Positions 49,237 through 63,367 of a DNA stretch of 64,000 nucleotides are shown here, one piece after another. The notes under the pieces were generated by a model that searched no databases, was not told the origin of the DNA, and saw nothing but the letters and a program-made list of their open reading frames with translations. Both the position numbers and the translations under genes were made by a program. This DNA is from Eledone cirrhosa. Lineage: Eukaryota. The first letter of the stretch is position 1. Each line of letters starts with the position of its first letter. The DNA lies in the NCBI GenBank assembly GCA_964016885.1, contig OZ024745.1:96472001-96536000 (forward strand). The letters are read 5' to 3'.

Positions 49237-49410
49237 GGATTGGCAGTATCAGTAGAGGGTCGGACGCCATGCTTTCCAGCATAGTAACGTCCCTTTACGA
49301 TCTGAGTTCAAACCCCGCCGAGGTTAACTTTGCCTTTCATCCTTACAGGGTCGATAAAATAAAGTACCAGTAATGCACTGGCCTTGTGCCTAACGTAGAA
49401 ACAATTATTA
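49237..49410 (+). mobile_element. tRNA-derived SINE
   Basis: TGGCAGTATCAGTAG (A-box-like), GAGTTCAAACCC (B-box), the core GCCTTTCATCC..GGGTCGATAAAATAAAGTACCAG, and an ATT tail. Homologous to 51460-51730 (-). Confidence 0.8.
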
Positions 49411-50673
49411 GTCAATATTCTCTAAAGATATGTGGTGAGTACCGAAAAGAAAGGTAAGAAGGATTGCATCACGATCCAGTTTTAATTCCCGGTTAAAACT
49501 ATTTCATTTCCCTCATGGCCATGGTTCCAAGTTAAATCTATCTCACGTTTATTATACTGTTAGTACAGCCTAGAAAGGTATGAATGGCATGCTATTTCAT
49601 CCCCCTTCCCCATAAATTGATCGTCTCGAACATGTGAAAAATCAATATTGAAAAAAAAAACGAAAAAAAGAAAAGAAATTATATCTCCGCGTCTGAATTC
49701 GTGATATGACTAAGCGGCAATGTCTATCTGAGTTTTTTTTTTTCATTTTCTTCTTCATGTGAACATGTCATGAACAATAGCTAAAGGTTCTATAGTAAAA
49801 TACCCCGCTTCTATTCTATGTCTGCCACAGAATCTCATTAACGGAAAATCATACTCTCTTTAATCATTAAAAAATCGCCATTTCATTTTACAGTTTGGCT
49901 TTATTTGCATTAATGAATGACAATTAGGGACTTTTTCATGTCTCGTTAGGGGCTCTACAACTATATTAGACTTAATTACATCCTCTTTTTGTTCCCTGCT
50001 TATAAAAGTAATAAAATTAATTTGTTCAAGCAGTTTCAAAGCCATACTTTTGTTAATTATTTAATGAATTTTTAATTGATGCAACTATATTTGTACTGTT
50101 AAGGCACATGCCCTAGATCGATACAATAAGTGGAATAATCACGAATGTCTATGTACCGATTCACCTTGGCTGAAAATAAAACGGGTTGATTTTTATCAAT
50201 TGTCAAGAGTGAGGAAAAGATCGAATAGCTATATGAAGTTTTTTTTTATCATGATGCACTTCTCTCAACAAACAGTAACAGGGCGTACATATATTGAATA
50301 TCTTTCAACACTCTGATTGGATATAATATTAAAAGACAAACAATGAATAGATGTATAATATAGAAACCTCAAACGCACATCTAAAGGTTTCTGATAGTAA
50401 TACTTTCATAAATATACTAATTGGTATTGATTCCTTTTGATTAAATTCACAGTTTCAGATTTATGACTGCGAAAATGGGATTGTATATTAGCAGCACAAA
50501 TGAAATAAAATCGAAACTATGTCGTGGACTTGGTTCATCTATTATTTAACAGCAATTAGGACACACGCAATATATATGACTGACTGAATAAGTGCTTTTT
50601 CTCAAAAACGGTTTTGCCGTTCCTTCCTATTCTCTTTCTCTATCTTTCTATTTCATCTTTTATTTCTTATTCT

Positions 50674-50710
50674 ATTTTCTGATGAAAGGCTAGTGTCCGA
50701 AACGTAAAGA
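50674..50710 (+). ncRNA. Minimal hammerhead-like motif
   Basis: TTTT-CTGATGA-aaggctagtgtcc-GAAA-CG-TA/AAG. Stems are weak and stem III is the palindrome ACGT. Confidence 0.5.
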
Positions 50711-50949
50711 CTATTTTCCCACTATATCAAGCGTTAAACTAATATATTTGTTCATTGTACTCTATCATTTGCTTTGTTGTTTCCATTTATTTTTGCAGAC
50801 ACATACACGCACGCACGCACGCACACAACAAACACACACACATACAAACACACATACATACACACACCACACATACACACACACACACATATATATATAT
50901 ATATGTGTGTATGTGTGTGGTTGCTTGTGTCTGGGTCAGTGTGGTACGC

Positions 50950-51219
<270 letters not shown>

Positions 51220-51294
51220 TTCACGGCTCAGAAATATCTATTTCTTTGAGCTATTTAATTGTAAAAACTGTTTGAGTTTATAACTCTATATATA

Positions 51295-51372
<78 letters not shown>

Positions 51373-51459
51373 TCGTTCCATCTTAGGATACATTACTGGC
51401 TTGCATGTTACGCAACTTGGCGTGTAGTTTTCGTATTCCCAGAAACCAATCGATATTTA

Positions 51460-51730
51460 TTTAATTGTTTCTACTTTTGGCACAAGGCCAGCAATCAGCC
51501 AGTACATTACAGGTACTTTATTTTATCGACCCCGTAAGGATGAAAGGCAAAGTTAACCTCGATGGGATTTGAACTCAGACCCTAATAGGACGGAACTATG
51601 CTAGAAAGCATGACGTCCAACCCTCTACCGATACTGCCAAATCGCCGCCATTTATATAATTGTTTCTACGTTAGGCACAAGGCCAGCAATTATCCAGTGC
51701 ATTACTGGTACTTTATTTTATCGACCCTGT
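51460..51730 (-). mobile_element. tRNA-derived SINE with a partial tandem duplication of its 3' part
   Basis: Reverse complement of the 49237-49410 family. GGCACAAGGCCAGCAAT...TTTATCGACCC occurs twice (~51479-51531 and ~51674-51727). Confidence 0.8.
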
Positions 51731-51971
51731 ATATATAATATCTATCGATCAGGTCCAGGTTCGTCTTAAACCTGTTTATATTTTCGTTGTTGTAGTGGCT
51801 TTTAGTACAACATCTCTCCGATCGCAATTTTCACTGACACACCCCTAACGTATTGTTATTACTCTGAGTTATATTTTATCGATTTATCGATATCATCTCA
51901 TTGAATGCTTCGTGTCAGCTTCAGAAGATTGATTTCGAAAAATGCTAATCGCCGCTGCAACTTCGATTTTA

Positions 51972-54900
51972 CTCGTCCCTCTCTTTAGTGTTAGTGGGTG
52001 ACAGGAACGGTATCTTAGATGCACGCTGGGATTATGTGGGGCTAGTAAATAAGGGAGGAGGATGTAAAAGCCTCACCAACCTGCTCAGACGTTTTCAACT
52101 GTCTGACAGGTATCGACTGGATTATCCGAATGTGCCAATGTGGACATGGACAAACCGCAACGGGTCATCCAGATCGTATCTAGATAGGGTATTGTGTAGG
52201 GAAACAGATTAGGCTAGCGTAGGTTATCCATAATTTAAAGTAATCGGCTACTCGGACCACCAATTTGTGATCTGCGAAGTCGACTTAGATAGACTTCATA
52301 GCCAAGGACCTGGTTATTGGAAGCTGAACGCGTCTTTCCCGGCGCGCAGAAGCTTACAGAGACCGGATAAGCGAATTAGTTAAGGTGCGATCGTCAACAA
52401 CAGGTGGTGGTTTACCCTGAAAAGGGCAATTAGAGTAGAATCAATAAGGTTTAGCAAAGGAGTAAAGATAGAGGAAAATAAAATAGAAGGGAGCTAGTTA
52501 GAAATCTAGAAGTGGTGTTTAGGACAGGCATCGCAACCGAGGTGCTTGCGGCAAGATTGGCGCTCGACTAATTCTTCAATGCAAAGCACGAAGGCTGCGT
52601 TGTCAGAGCTAAAGCGTGTGCTCTGAGACAAGAGAGGACAAAAGCTGTCCAATGGGCCCGGGTGATGGAGGCGCGACGTGGCAACAAAGCCTCAATTCAA
52701 TACTTGCCTGACCAAAACGGGCACATGTTACTTGAACCCGAGCAGATGTGTGAGGCTTTTCAGAAACAATTTGCTCAACTGTTCGGGAGCGGCGGCGGGC
52801 CAGATCGGAGTATGAAATTCAGTGCATACCTCGAGGGACTTTCGCAGCTCTCGACATCGGCAGTGCAGTATTGCGAAAAGCCGATAACAGCTGGTGAAAT
52901 ACGGGAAGCGATGTCTGACTGCACGAGGGGTAAATCGCCAGGTTTGGATGGTCTGCCGTACGAGCTTTATTCGTACATGCCAGACTTGTTCGGCGACCTC
53001 TTGGCAGACGTCTACTGCAACTGGCAGCAGAACGGGAACATTCCCAGTTTTGTGAGCCGGGGAGCAGTGGCGCAGTTGAGAAAAGACCCGAACAAAAGGG
53101 ACGTTATAGACAACTTCAGGCTCATAACTCTGTTAAACACAGACTTCAAGATTTTGACCAAGGTGTTAGCAGCGAGATTGGCGCTTGTCGTCCGTAATCT
53201 GGTAGGAGAGGCGCAGATATGTGCCATTCCACACAGATCCATCCACGACAACCTCCACCTCATGCGATACATCATAGAGAGGGTGGTTAAGGAACCTGGC
53301 AGGGGTGGGGTCCTGATCAACTTAGATCAATCGAAGGCATTTGATAGGGTCGACCATCGGTACCTGGCGGCGGACCTCGACGCGGCTGGCTTCGGGCCCA
53401 TTTTCAGGGGTTGGATCGCTGCGATGCACAGCGATATCTGCTCAGTTATGAAGGTGAACGGTCATCTGTCACAGCCGTTCAGCATCATGCGCTCGGTGCG
53501 TCAGGGTTGTCCCCTCTCGTCCATCTTGTACGTACTGGCCCTAGAGCCTTTACAACACAAATTGGAGACGATGAGGGGCGTTCCACGCGAACTGGGATGC
53601 GGGAGATCCCTGTCAGCTTACGCCGACGACGTCACCGTGGTGGTGTCGAGCACCAAACACGTCCAGATACTCAGCACCGCTCTCAAGGAATACAAAGCGG
53701 TGACAGGAGCAAAGATAAACCAGGCAAAGTCGGTAGACTTGCAACTCGGCACCTGGTGAGGTAAGTCCATGCCGTCCGACAGCGTCGTGGGGCGCTGGAG
53801 AGAAGGACCGGTTAAATTGCTCGGGGTCTGGTTCGGTCCTGACCTCCAGATGGAGAAAATGAGGAGCGAGGTGACGAGCAGGGTGGCCTCTCTCACCCAG
53901 AAATGGGCCGAGAGGAGGCTGTCTCTAAAAGATCGGGCGGAGGTGGCGAATGCGTACATTGCGTCCGTCATCTGCTACCGCCTGACCGTTGTACCTTGCC
54001 CCCACCCAATTCTGACGAAAATGGAGCGCCTTATCTTCCGCTTTTTGTGGAAGGGACGTGCTCCTATGGTCAGGCAATCCATTTGCTGTCAACACCCGTT
54101 GCGTGGAGGACTACGCATGTCGTGCTGATGATGCGCAAACATGCGCTGAGCCTGCGATATCTCTGGTGCTTCCTTGACGGTGAACAGGTGTGGTCGCCGT
54201 TTGCCAGACGCGCTTTTCCCCAGCTCGTCTCCTTGACGCATCTGCAGTCCTGGATCAGGAAAAGACCGAGCGATAGCGCTTGGAAGCTGGAATGTCTCCA
54301 AGCGCTCACCGCCCTCTACCAGTTGGACACTAGTATCGGTGGAACATCCACCTCGTCGTTCTATAGAGGGCTAGTGGAGGGAAAGAGCGGGGACGGTCTC
54401 GGGGAGACCCTGGGCGTAGAAGACGATCAGCTGTTCGTTCTCTTCAAGAGAACTTTCAGCCCGGGTCCTATGGACAACTTCCAGAAATCCCTGGCCTAGC
54501 AGTGCTACCGGGGAGCTTTGCCGGTTCGGGATAAGCTCTAGAGGCACGGAGGTGCTGTCAGCCGAGCCTGTCCGAGATGCGCGCAGGGCGTCGTAACTGT
54601 CCTGCACGCACTCGTTCAGTGCCCGAGGATTGCTAACTTGTGGAGCTATGTCGAACAGCTGCTGTCGCGTGTAGGACGGATCCGGTTATCGACTGAGTCC
54701 ATTGTGCAGATAGCCCCGCCATCCTCCTTTAAAGTGGAGGAAGGGCTGGCAGTTTTCATCTGCCTGGTGGTAATGGCGAAAGAGATTGCGTGGTGGAAAA
54801 GATTGAAAGGGTTGAAGAGGGACACTTTCCTCTCCGGCCAATCCCTGATTAACTTTTTCAAGTTTCCTTTGAAGAGGAAAATTAGGGTGGAGAGGCACGT

Positions 54901-55256
54901 GCTGTCTTCTAGTAAGTTTGTTGAAAGGTGGGTGAAAGTGGCGAGTCTGGTCCGAGTGAACGGGCCCGTTCTGAGTATACGCCTGTAGACTGAGGAGTGG
55001 GAAAAGTGAGAGGGCGCTTTCCCTGGTGGTCTGGGTGGCCGTAGACTTTTGTGTGGTTTTCACCACGAGTGACCCTCGGAGGTTTCCCTCTTCTTGGGGA
55101 ATTTTTGTTGTTTGAATTTTTTTCGATTTCTAGCCCTATTTTGTTATAACCTGTTTACACGACCAAAACCCACTCTGTATCGTCCTGTACTGTTCTGTGC
55201 CGTCTCTAATGTTTTTCTTCGTGTTAGCCCTCGTGGCCAATAAAGAAACCATTATT
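51972..55256 (+). mobile_element. 5'-truncated Tx1-like element (family F), decayed ORF2, short ATT end
   Basis: APE remnant (51988-52212), RT (52662-53759, YADD), C-terminus (54638-54988), then AATAAAGAAACCATTATT. Confidence 0.9.
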
Positions 55257-55258
55257 TA

Positions 55259-57036
55259 GCTAGGGAACCTGGCACGGGTGGGTCCTTGATCAATTTAGAT
55301 CAGTCGAAAGCTTTCGATAGGCTCGACCATCGTTATCTGGCGGCAGTCCGGGGGGCGGCTGGCTTTGGGCCCGTCTTCAGAGGCTGTATCGCTGCCATGC
55401 ACAGCGACATCTGCTCTGTGGTGAGAGTGAACAGTCACCTATCGGAACTGTTCAACATCATGCGCTCGGTCCGACAAGGATGTCCCCTCTCGTACCTCTT
55501 GTACGTATTGACTCTCGAGCCATTACTGCACAAACTGGAGACGTTGAGGGAGGTCCCGCGCAAACTAGGATGCGGAAGATCCGTGTCGGCATATGCGGAC
55601 AATGTCACCGTAGTGGTGTCGGACGCCAAACACATCGAGGCGATCGGCACTACACTAATAGAATACGAAGCGGTGACAGGAGCAATGATCAACCAGGAAA
55701 AGTCGGTGGGCCTGCAGCTCGGCACCTGGAGAGGCAGGTCCATGCCGTCCAACAGCGTCGTTGGGCGCTGGACGGACGGACCGGTTAAATTGCTAGGGGT
55801 CTGGTTCGGTCCGGATCTCCAGTCGGACAAAATCTGGGACGAGGTGACGAGCAGGGTGGCTTCTGTCACCCAGAAATGGGCAGAGAGGAAGCTATCCCTG
55901 AAAGGTCGAGTGGAGGTGGCGAATGCGTACATCGCGTCCGTCATCTACTAACGCCTGACCGTCGTACCTTGTCCTAAGCCTCTCCTGACTGCACTGGAGC
56001 GTTTGCTCTTTCGCTTTTTGTGGAAAGGACATGCTTCGATGTTCAGGCGGTCAATCTGCTGTCAACACCCGCTATGCGGAGGGCTGGGCATACCGTGGCT
56101 GATGATGCGCAGACACGCGCTCAGGCTACGGCATCTCCACCTCTTCCTCGACGGTGATCAGGTGTGGTCGCCGTTTGCTAGACGCGTCTTTCCCCAGCTC
56201 GTCTCCTTTGACGGAGCTGTAGTCCTGGGTTAAGCGAAGACCGAGAGGGAGCGCTTGGAGACTGGAATATCTTCAGGCGCTCACAGCCCTCGACCAGTCG
56301 GGCAATGTGATCGGTGGAAACTCCATCTTGGCGTTCTATAGAGGATTAGTGTAGAGGAAGAGCGACGACGTACTTGGAGAAACTCTAGGCGTCGACGAAA
56401 ATCAACTAGCCAATCTCTTCGGAAGAAATTTCGGGTCGGGGCCTATGGACAATTTCCAGAGATCCCTGGCCTGCAGTGCTACCGAGGACCTTTGCCAGTT
56501 CGGGATAAACTCTACAGGCACAGAAGTGCCGTCAGCCGGGCCTGTCCGAGATGCGCGCAGGGCGACGAAACCGTCCTGCATGCACTCGTCCAGTGTCCGG
56601 GCATTGTTGACTTGTGGGTTTCTGTCGAACGCCTGCTGTCGCGTGTAGAACGGATCCGGCTATCAGATGAGTCCATCGTGAGGATTGCCCCGCTCTCTTC
56701 TTTTAGCCGGGAAGGGCAGGCAGTTTTTATCTGTCTGGTGGCCATGGCCTAAGAGATATCATGGTGGACGCGTCTGAAAGGGCTGAAGACGAGCACTTAC
56801 CTCTTCGGTGATGCCCTGATTAACTTTTTCAGATTTCATTTGAAAAGGAGAATCAGGGTAGAGAGGGAGGTGCTCTCTTCCCAACATTTTGTTGAAAGAT
56901 GGGTGAGAGGCAAGAATTGTTTTTTTTTACACGCAGAAATTCCCATTTGTACCGTCCTGTATTGTCCTGTACTGTCCTTAATGTCTATTTTGTGTAAACC
57001 CTTGTAGTTAATAAAGAAAGCATTATTATTATTATT
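55259..57036 (+). mobile_element. 5'-truncated Tx1-like element (family G), starting within RT, (ATT)5 end
   Basis: DQSKAFDRLDH, QGCPLS, YADN and CPRC..ETVLHALVQC. AATAAA at 57010 and (ATT)n at 57022-57036. Confidence 0.9.
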
Positions 57037-57951
57037 GTTCTTTGAGTCTCAGTCATTGATATTAGTTAATTGGAAAGTTTGTTGAAATGAATATCAAGCC
57101 ACTACCTGCAGCCTCAGATATTCAGGACGTATCGGAAGGTTCTTGCTGTTTCCAGCAAACATGCCTTTTGAAGTGTTCCAAAAATCGGGGCGGGGCCAAT
57201 TTTCTTTAACCATCCCTGGAAATTCTTTGAGATAGTACCTAGTGCGCCTATGATAATCGGGACCACTTTGACTTCATGGCAGTTCCAAATCCTTTTTACC
57301 TCCCACTTTAAGTCCTGGTATCGGTTAATTTTCTCCGTCTCCTTCCCTTGCACTCTCGTGTCGAATGGGCAGGCCACATCCACAATCAGGCACGCTATTT
57401 TTTCCTTGTCCAAAACCACCAGGTCAGGCCTATTGTGTTCCAGTTTCTTATCCGTCTGTATCCTAAAATCCCATAGCACCTTCACCTGATCGTTCTCCAT
57501 CACCGACTCTGGCTTATGCTCATACCACTTCTCAGAATGTGGTAAATGGTTTACTTTGCATAGGTGCCAGTGGATCACCCTGCTCATCACATCATGTCTC
57601 CAGCCTTTATAGTGAGTCTGGGCTAGGTGTTTACACTCGGATACAATGTGAACCACAGTCTCCTTTCTCTCGCCACAGATCCTGCACAGTGGGCTAGCCT
57701 CCTCCCTGTAAATATGGTGTTTCAGCCACTTCGTCTTGAGGGCCTGCTCTTGCGCAGCCATTAGCATTCCTTCTGTAGCCTTTTTAAGGTCTCCTCTTTT
57801 CAACCAGTTCCATGTCTGTGGATCTCTGAATTCAGTTTTCTCAAAGAAGGTACTATGAAGGGATCTTTCATGAAGGCTGCTCTTTCTTCTTGTTGTTATT
57901 TCCTCCTTGGACATCCCCTGGTCTATTGTCTTCTCCTTCAGTACAATTCTG
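57037..57951 (-). mobile_element. 5'-truncated R4/Dong-like non-LTR element (restriction-like endonuclease), flanked by (TAA)n
   Basis: Open frame 57114-57914, with (TAA)n on both sides on the element strand. Confidence 0.85.
57114..57914 (-). pseudogene. C-terminal CCHC + PD-(D/E)xK restriction-like endonuclease domain
   Basis: CRICGERKETVVHIVSEC, RHD, LWDFRIQTD, RPDLVVLD, IVDVACP, KINRY and PIIIGALG. The RT part is absent. Confidence 0.88.
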
Positions 57952-58034
57952 ATATTATTATTATTATTATTATTTATATATATATATAGTAGTTAATGAA
58001 CACACACACACACACACATACACACACACCATAT

Positions 58035-58522
<488 letters not shown>

Positions 58523-58591
58523 TTTCACTCGTATAGGACCCCTCGGTTATTTTTCATTTTGTAAAAAAAAACTCACTTTCTAATATATATA

Positions 58592-60110
58592 TAGAAAAGA
58601 TGAATATAAAATGAAAGTGCTTTTTTTAAAAAGGAATTTATTAGGTATTGACATATGTTTCTGTAACAGACGGAATACCTATGTATCGCTGCTTGCGTAA
58701 TCATATAATGTTAGCAAGTATTCGATAGCAAATGTATAATCAGTTGTCACTTCTTCAGAGATTTTGGATAAATTGGATAAAATCAGAAAAATTGAAGTAT
58801 TTATATTAGTAATAGAGGAAGAAGAGAGGGGATAGTATATGACAGATGGTAATTCAATTTACTGCTAAACAAGTATATAAAGGGTTTCTAATGAGAATAC
58901 CATGAGTAAATGGTTTATTTTATCTAAATAAGAATTTTTGGGAGTGCCAATTTTAATCTATACTTGACCAATTGGACAGTGGACAGGGCTGGTCATTTGG
59001 TGTAGTAGTATTAATTATAAAGTGTCAATTGGGGAAGGGGGAGATTTCGATTGTTACTGAATAACATCAATGCTAGTAGCCAGCTGGTATATGCATTAGG
59101 GAATTGAATTAAGAAATCAGAAATCTCATTTTATCTAGAGCAGTTTATATTAAATGGTAAATAATAGAAGAGTTGATAGAATTAAGACTAATAGAGAATG
59201 TTAATATCTATTTTGACAATCAAACGGAGATAGAGACAGGCGTTCAATCCTGGTAGTATTTATAATATGAAAATGTAGATTTTAAGTGATGGTTACAGTA
59301 TAACGATCGCTCTATTTACTTGTAAATTATGTAATATGGAATTATTTTGTATTATGAAATCCAAAAACATTTTATTAAATAACAGAATAGAGCGATCGTT
59401 ATACTGTAACCATCGCTTAAAATCTACATTTTCATATTATAAATACTACCAGGATTGAACGCCTGTCTCTATCTCCGTTTGATTGTCAAAATAGATATTA
59501 ACATTCTCTATTAGTCTTAATTCTATCAACTCTTCTGTTATTTACCATTTAATATAAACTGCTATAGATAAAATGAGATTTCTGATTTCTTAATTCAATT
59601 CCCTAATGCATATACCAGCTGGCTACTAGCATTGATGTTATTCAGTAACAATCGAAATCTCCCCCTTCCCCAATTGACACTTTATAATTAATACTACTAC
59701 ACCAAATGACCAGCCCTGTCCACTGTCCAATTGGTCAAGTATAGATTAAAATTGGCACTCCCAAACATTCTTATTTAGATAAAATAAACCATTTACTCAT
59801 GGTATTCTCATTAGAAACCCTTTATATACTTGTTTAGCAGTAAATTGAATTACCATCTGTCATATACTATCCCCTCTCTTCTTCCTCTATTACAAATATA
59901 AATACTTCAATTTTTCTGATTTTATCCAATTTATCCAAAATCTCTGAAGAAGTGACAACTGATTATACATTTGCTATCGAATACTTGCTAACATTATATG
60001 ATTACGCAAGCAGCGAATCATAGGTATTCCGTCTGTTACAGAAACATATGTCAATACCTAATAAATTCCTTTTTAAAAAAAGCACTTTCATTTTATATTC
60101 ATCTTTTCTA
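58592..60110. repeat. Long fold-back inverted repeat with ~725-bp near-identical arms and a ~68-bp spacer
   Basis: 58592-59316 is the reverse complement of 59385-60110 with only scattered mismatches. Confidence 0.95.
59940..60057 (+). ncRNA. Hammerhead-like motif with a large stem II insert (mirror copy at ~58645-58762, minus)
   Basis: CTGAAGA-a-GTGACA...TGTTAC-a-GAAA-CATATG-TC. Same layout as 43038-43154, but stem I pairs poorly. Confidence 0.55.
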
Positions 60111-60238
60111 CATTTTCTCCGGAATATAATTTATACTCGTTGAGCAAACCTACACGTACGCTGTTCATCTCTAACGTAACGATATATTATCACTACATTA
60201 TTGATAACCTGAAATTTTATTTATATATATATATATAT

Positions 60239-60360
60239 ATAGGAACAAGTAAGACCCCGACGGCTGAGCTCAAGCCGTTTCGACGGCTAATTCTGGACCC
60301 GTCCAGAATTAGCCGTCGAAACGGCTTGAGCTCAGCCTACGGGGTCTTACTTGTTCCTAT
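60239..60360. repeat. Palindrome with 60-bp arms and a 2-nt loop, made of two hammerhead 3' halves
   Basis: The arms carry GAAA-CGGC-TTGAGCTCA-GCCG-TC (intact in the left arm, minus strand). The same motif occurs at ~34862-34887, 37093-37118 (-) and 41370-41395. Confidence 0.88.
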
Positions 60361-60604
60361 TACCCACTCTACTACCTTAAGTATTGAGTACTTTGGTGCG
60401 TTATGGTCCACCTGGTTCCTTACCACATTTCCTTCGTTATATATATATATATATTGTTATACTTTGGGAGGGTCATGTTGCCAATTAGAAACACACGCAC
60501 CAGTTGCTTTCACTTCAATTTATTATAATAAATTTATAAATTTAGGAATTTATAAATTTCCGGTTGGTTGGTTGGTTCCACAACCAGATGGTTGTTTATA
60601 TATT

Positions 60605-60647
60605 GTCAAAGTTCTTTCGTCACACATTCTGTGACCTCTTCAGTGAC
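60605..60647 (-). ncRNA. Minimal type I hammerhead motif
   Basis: Minus strand: GTCA-CTGAAGA-g-GTCAC-agaatgt-GTGAC-GAAA-GAAC-TT/TGAC. Confidence 0.72.
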
Positions 60648-60769
60648 TGGGGATTCTTTTCTTTGTTTTTGTGCCTCTCCTTTGTTCTGTCCTACGCCAT
60701 CTTGTTTCTCCACATCGGTTTCAACACACGTTTTCAGATAAAGAATCTTGCTAAACAAATTCAGAAACG

Positions 60770-60808
<39 letters not shown>

Positions 60809-61027
60809 TGGAGGTGCTGTTTTAAATTTATTAACGTTTGATTATAATGTTTTTCTCGTACCTTTCACAGTTTATGTCTTTTACTCTGGTGGTAAAAATA
60901 CCCTGTAAGGAAAAAGCATGTTCTTTTCCTGTATTGTCTCCTATATATTTTGAAGATCCCGGAAAAATTCCCTTGAGCTCATTATATTACAGGGAACAAT
61001 GCGACTTCTTTACATCGTTGCTTTATT

Positions 61028-61069
<42 letters not shown>

Positions 61070-61155
61070 GGTGGGTGTGTATGTATGTTCTTTAAATATT
61101 CAAATTTTGCCGTTCATTTCTTCGATGTAAAATACTAAGTTAATGCTGGAGTTAG

Positions 61156-61420
<265 letters not shown>

Positions 61421-61881
61421 CTAAATGGAAAAATCGTCTAAGTTTTAAGGTGTAGGGATGGCTTTAACCTGGTTTGAAATGCCCAAAACATGCTGTGCCA
61501 GGACAAGGACCCTACAACACAATTAAGAGCTAAGTGTCCCCAAATTTCTTTTTTACGCTTATAGCAACACCAAAGATGTTGAAAATAACTTTTTTTTTTC
61601 CTGCTATAAGCTGAGCAGGTGCGATGCGATAAGGTTAATCCAATATGCCAGTCAATTTATATTATTTCGATATAAGCTAATCACCAACAGGATTCCACGT
61701 TGAAATATTTATAAAATATAAATAAGCTGTCTATAAATCGCAGATATTACAATTCTAGAATTGTGGGGCTTTTTTAATAGTAACAGTCAAGAAATAAAGC
61801 AATAGTCGTTGTGGCACAAATATATTTATATATTCATACTAGAGAAATTATTAAATAGATATGAATGATAGCCACTTAGAT

Positions 61882-61929
61882 CACACACACATACACACAC
61901 ACACACACACACATACAGACACACATACA

Positions 61930-61975
<46 letters not shown>

Positions 61976-62020
61976 GACACACATGCACACACACACACAC
62001 ACATGCACACATATACACAC
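61882..62020 (+). repeat. Imperfect (CA)n microsatellite
   Basis: Direct reading. Confidence 0.92.
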
Positions 62021-63091
62021 AACCGAACGGGGCGAAGACTTCAAGAACATCATCTTTGTCAGTTCCCTTGTCGTTTTAAATTGGATTGCCTCGAGAACGG
62101 AACCTTATTATGTAAGAAGCTGTTTGATGAGATCATGCTACTGGTCAGGCGGTATCGCGTAGCTACTGTCGTCATTGAAATATGTATTACAGCCTTATCA
62201 ATAAAGGACTTCAACATCTGAAACTACTTGGCATTTTCTTATTATAAATTCCAACCATTTGGGATGTTAATATGGACTTTAGAAATCTGACAATGAGAAA
62301 TGAACTGAGATAGACTGTGATATTATCTTAAATCAGGCATGCCGTGAGAATACAACCGGGATATAAAAATTACCGCTTATGTATGAGTATATCATAAATA
62401 GAAATTTCAGAATATTGGGGAAAATATATATAGCATTAGAATATAGTCTATAATACTGTGTTTATGAAGTTTGCTTGGTACTGTATGATATTTTCCGTGT
62501 CATTTACCATAGCCACGGGTTGACCCATACCTTGTGAGTGATATTGAGTTGATGGAAACTGTGTGGCAGCTCGTCGGGTCACCCTTGACACACAGTATCA
62601 CGCTAATCTCCCTCCCTGAGAATTACATTAAGGGTACACAAGTCGTGGGAATGTTTAATTTCATGAACAAGTTGTTTTGCTGAACTAACAACTGGAATGT
62701 TCATCGCCGAAACGGACGGAGATTCATTCTACGATAATGTACTGATAATGTACTGTCTACGGTAATTTAGTTAATATCTAAATAAATGAAAAATACTCAA
62801 CGTTTGTGAACTTGAGAAAAAGAATTAAAGAGAACAAGTCGTAAATAAGAATTTGTAAAAATTTTAAGATTCGTAGACAAAAATTCTCTAGTGCCGATCT
62901 TGCAATAACTTACGACAAGAAAATGGGAAATAAAAAAAGACAGTGGAAACGTAGAAATAAATATAAAAATAAGAAAGGTAAGAAAAAAAAGCACAAAAAA
63001 AAACAACACAGAAAGTTGCAAAGAGAGAAAATAACAGTTTTCTTATTTCTTTTTTTTTCTTGTCGACTCCACATAGTGGTGGTGAATGTAT

Positions 63092-63367
<276 letters not shown>

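Noticed and set aside
49237-49410. tRNA gene (also considered at 31470-31590)
   Set aside because: Only A/B-box-like remnants followed by a SINE core and tail are present, with no complete cloverleaf.
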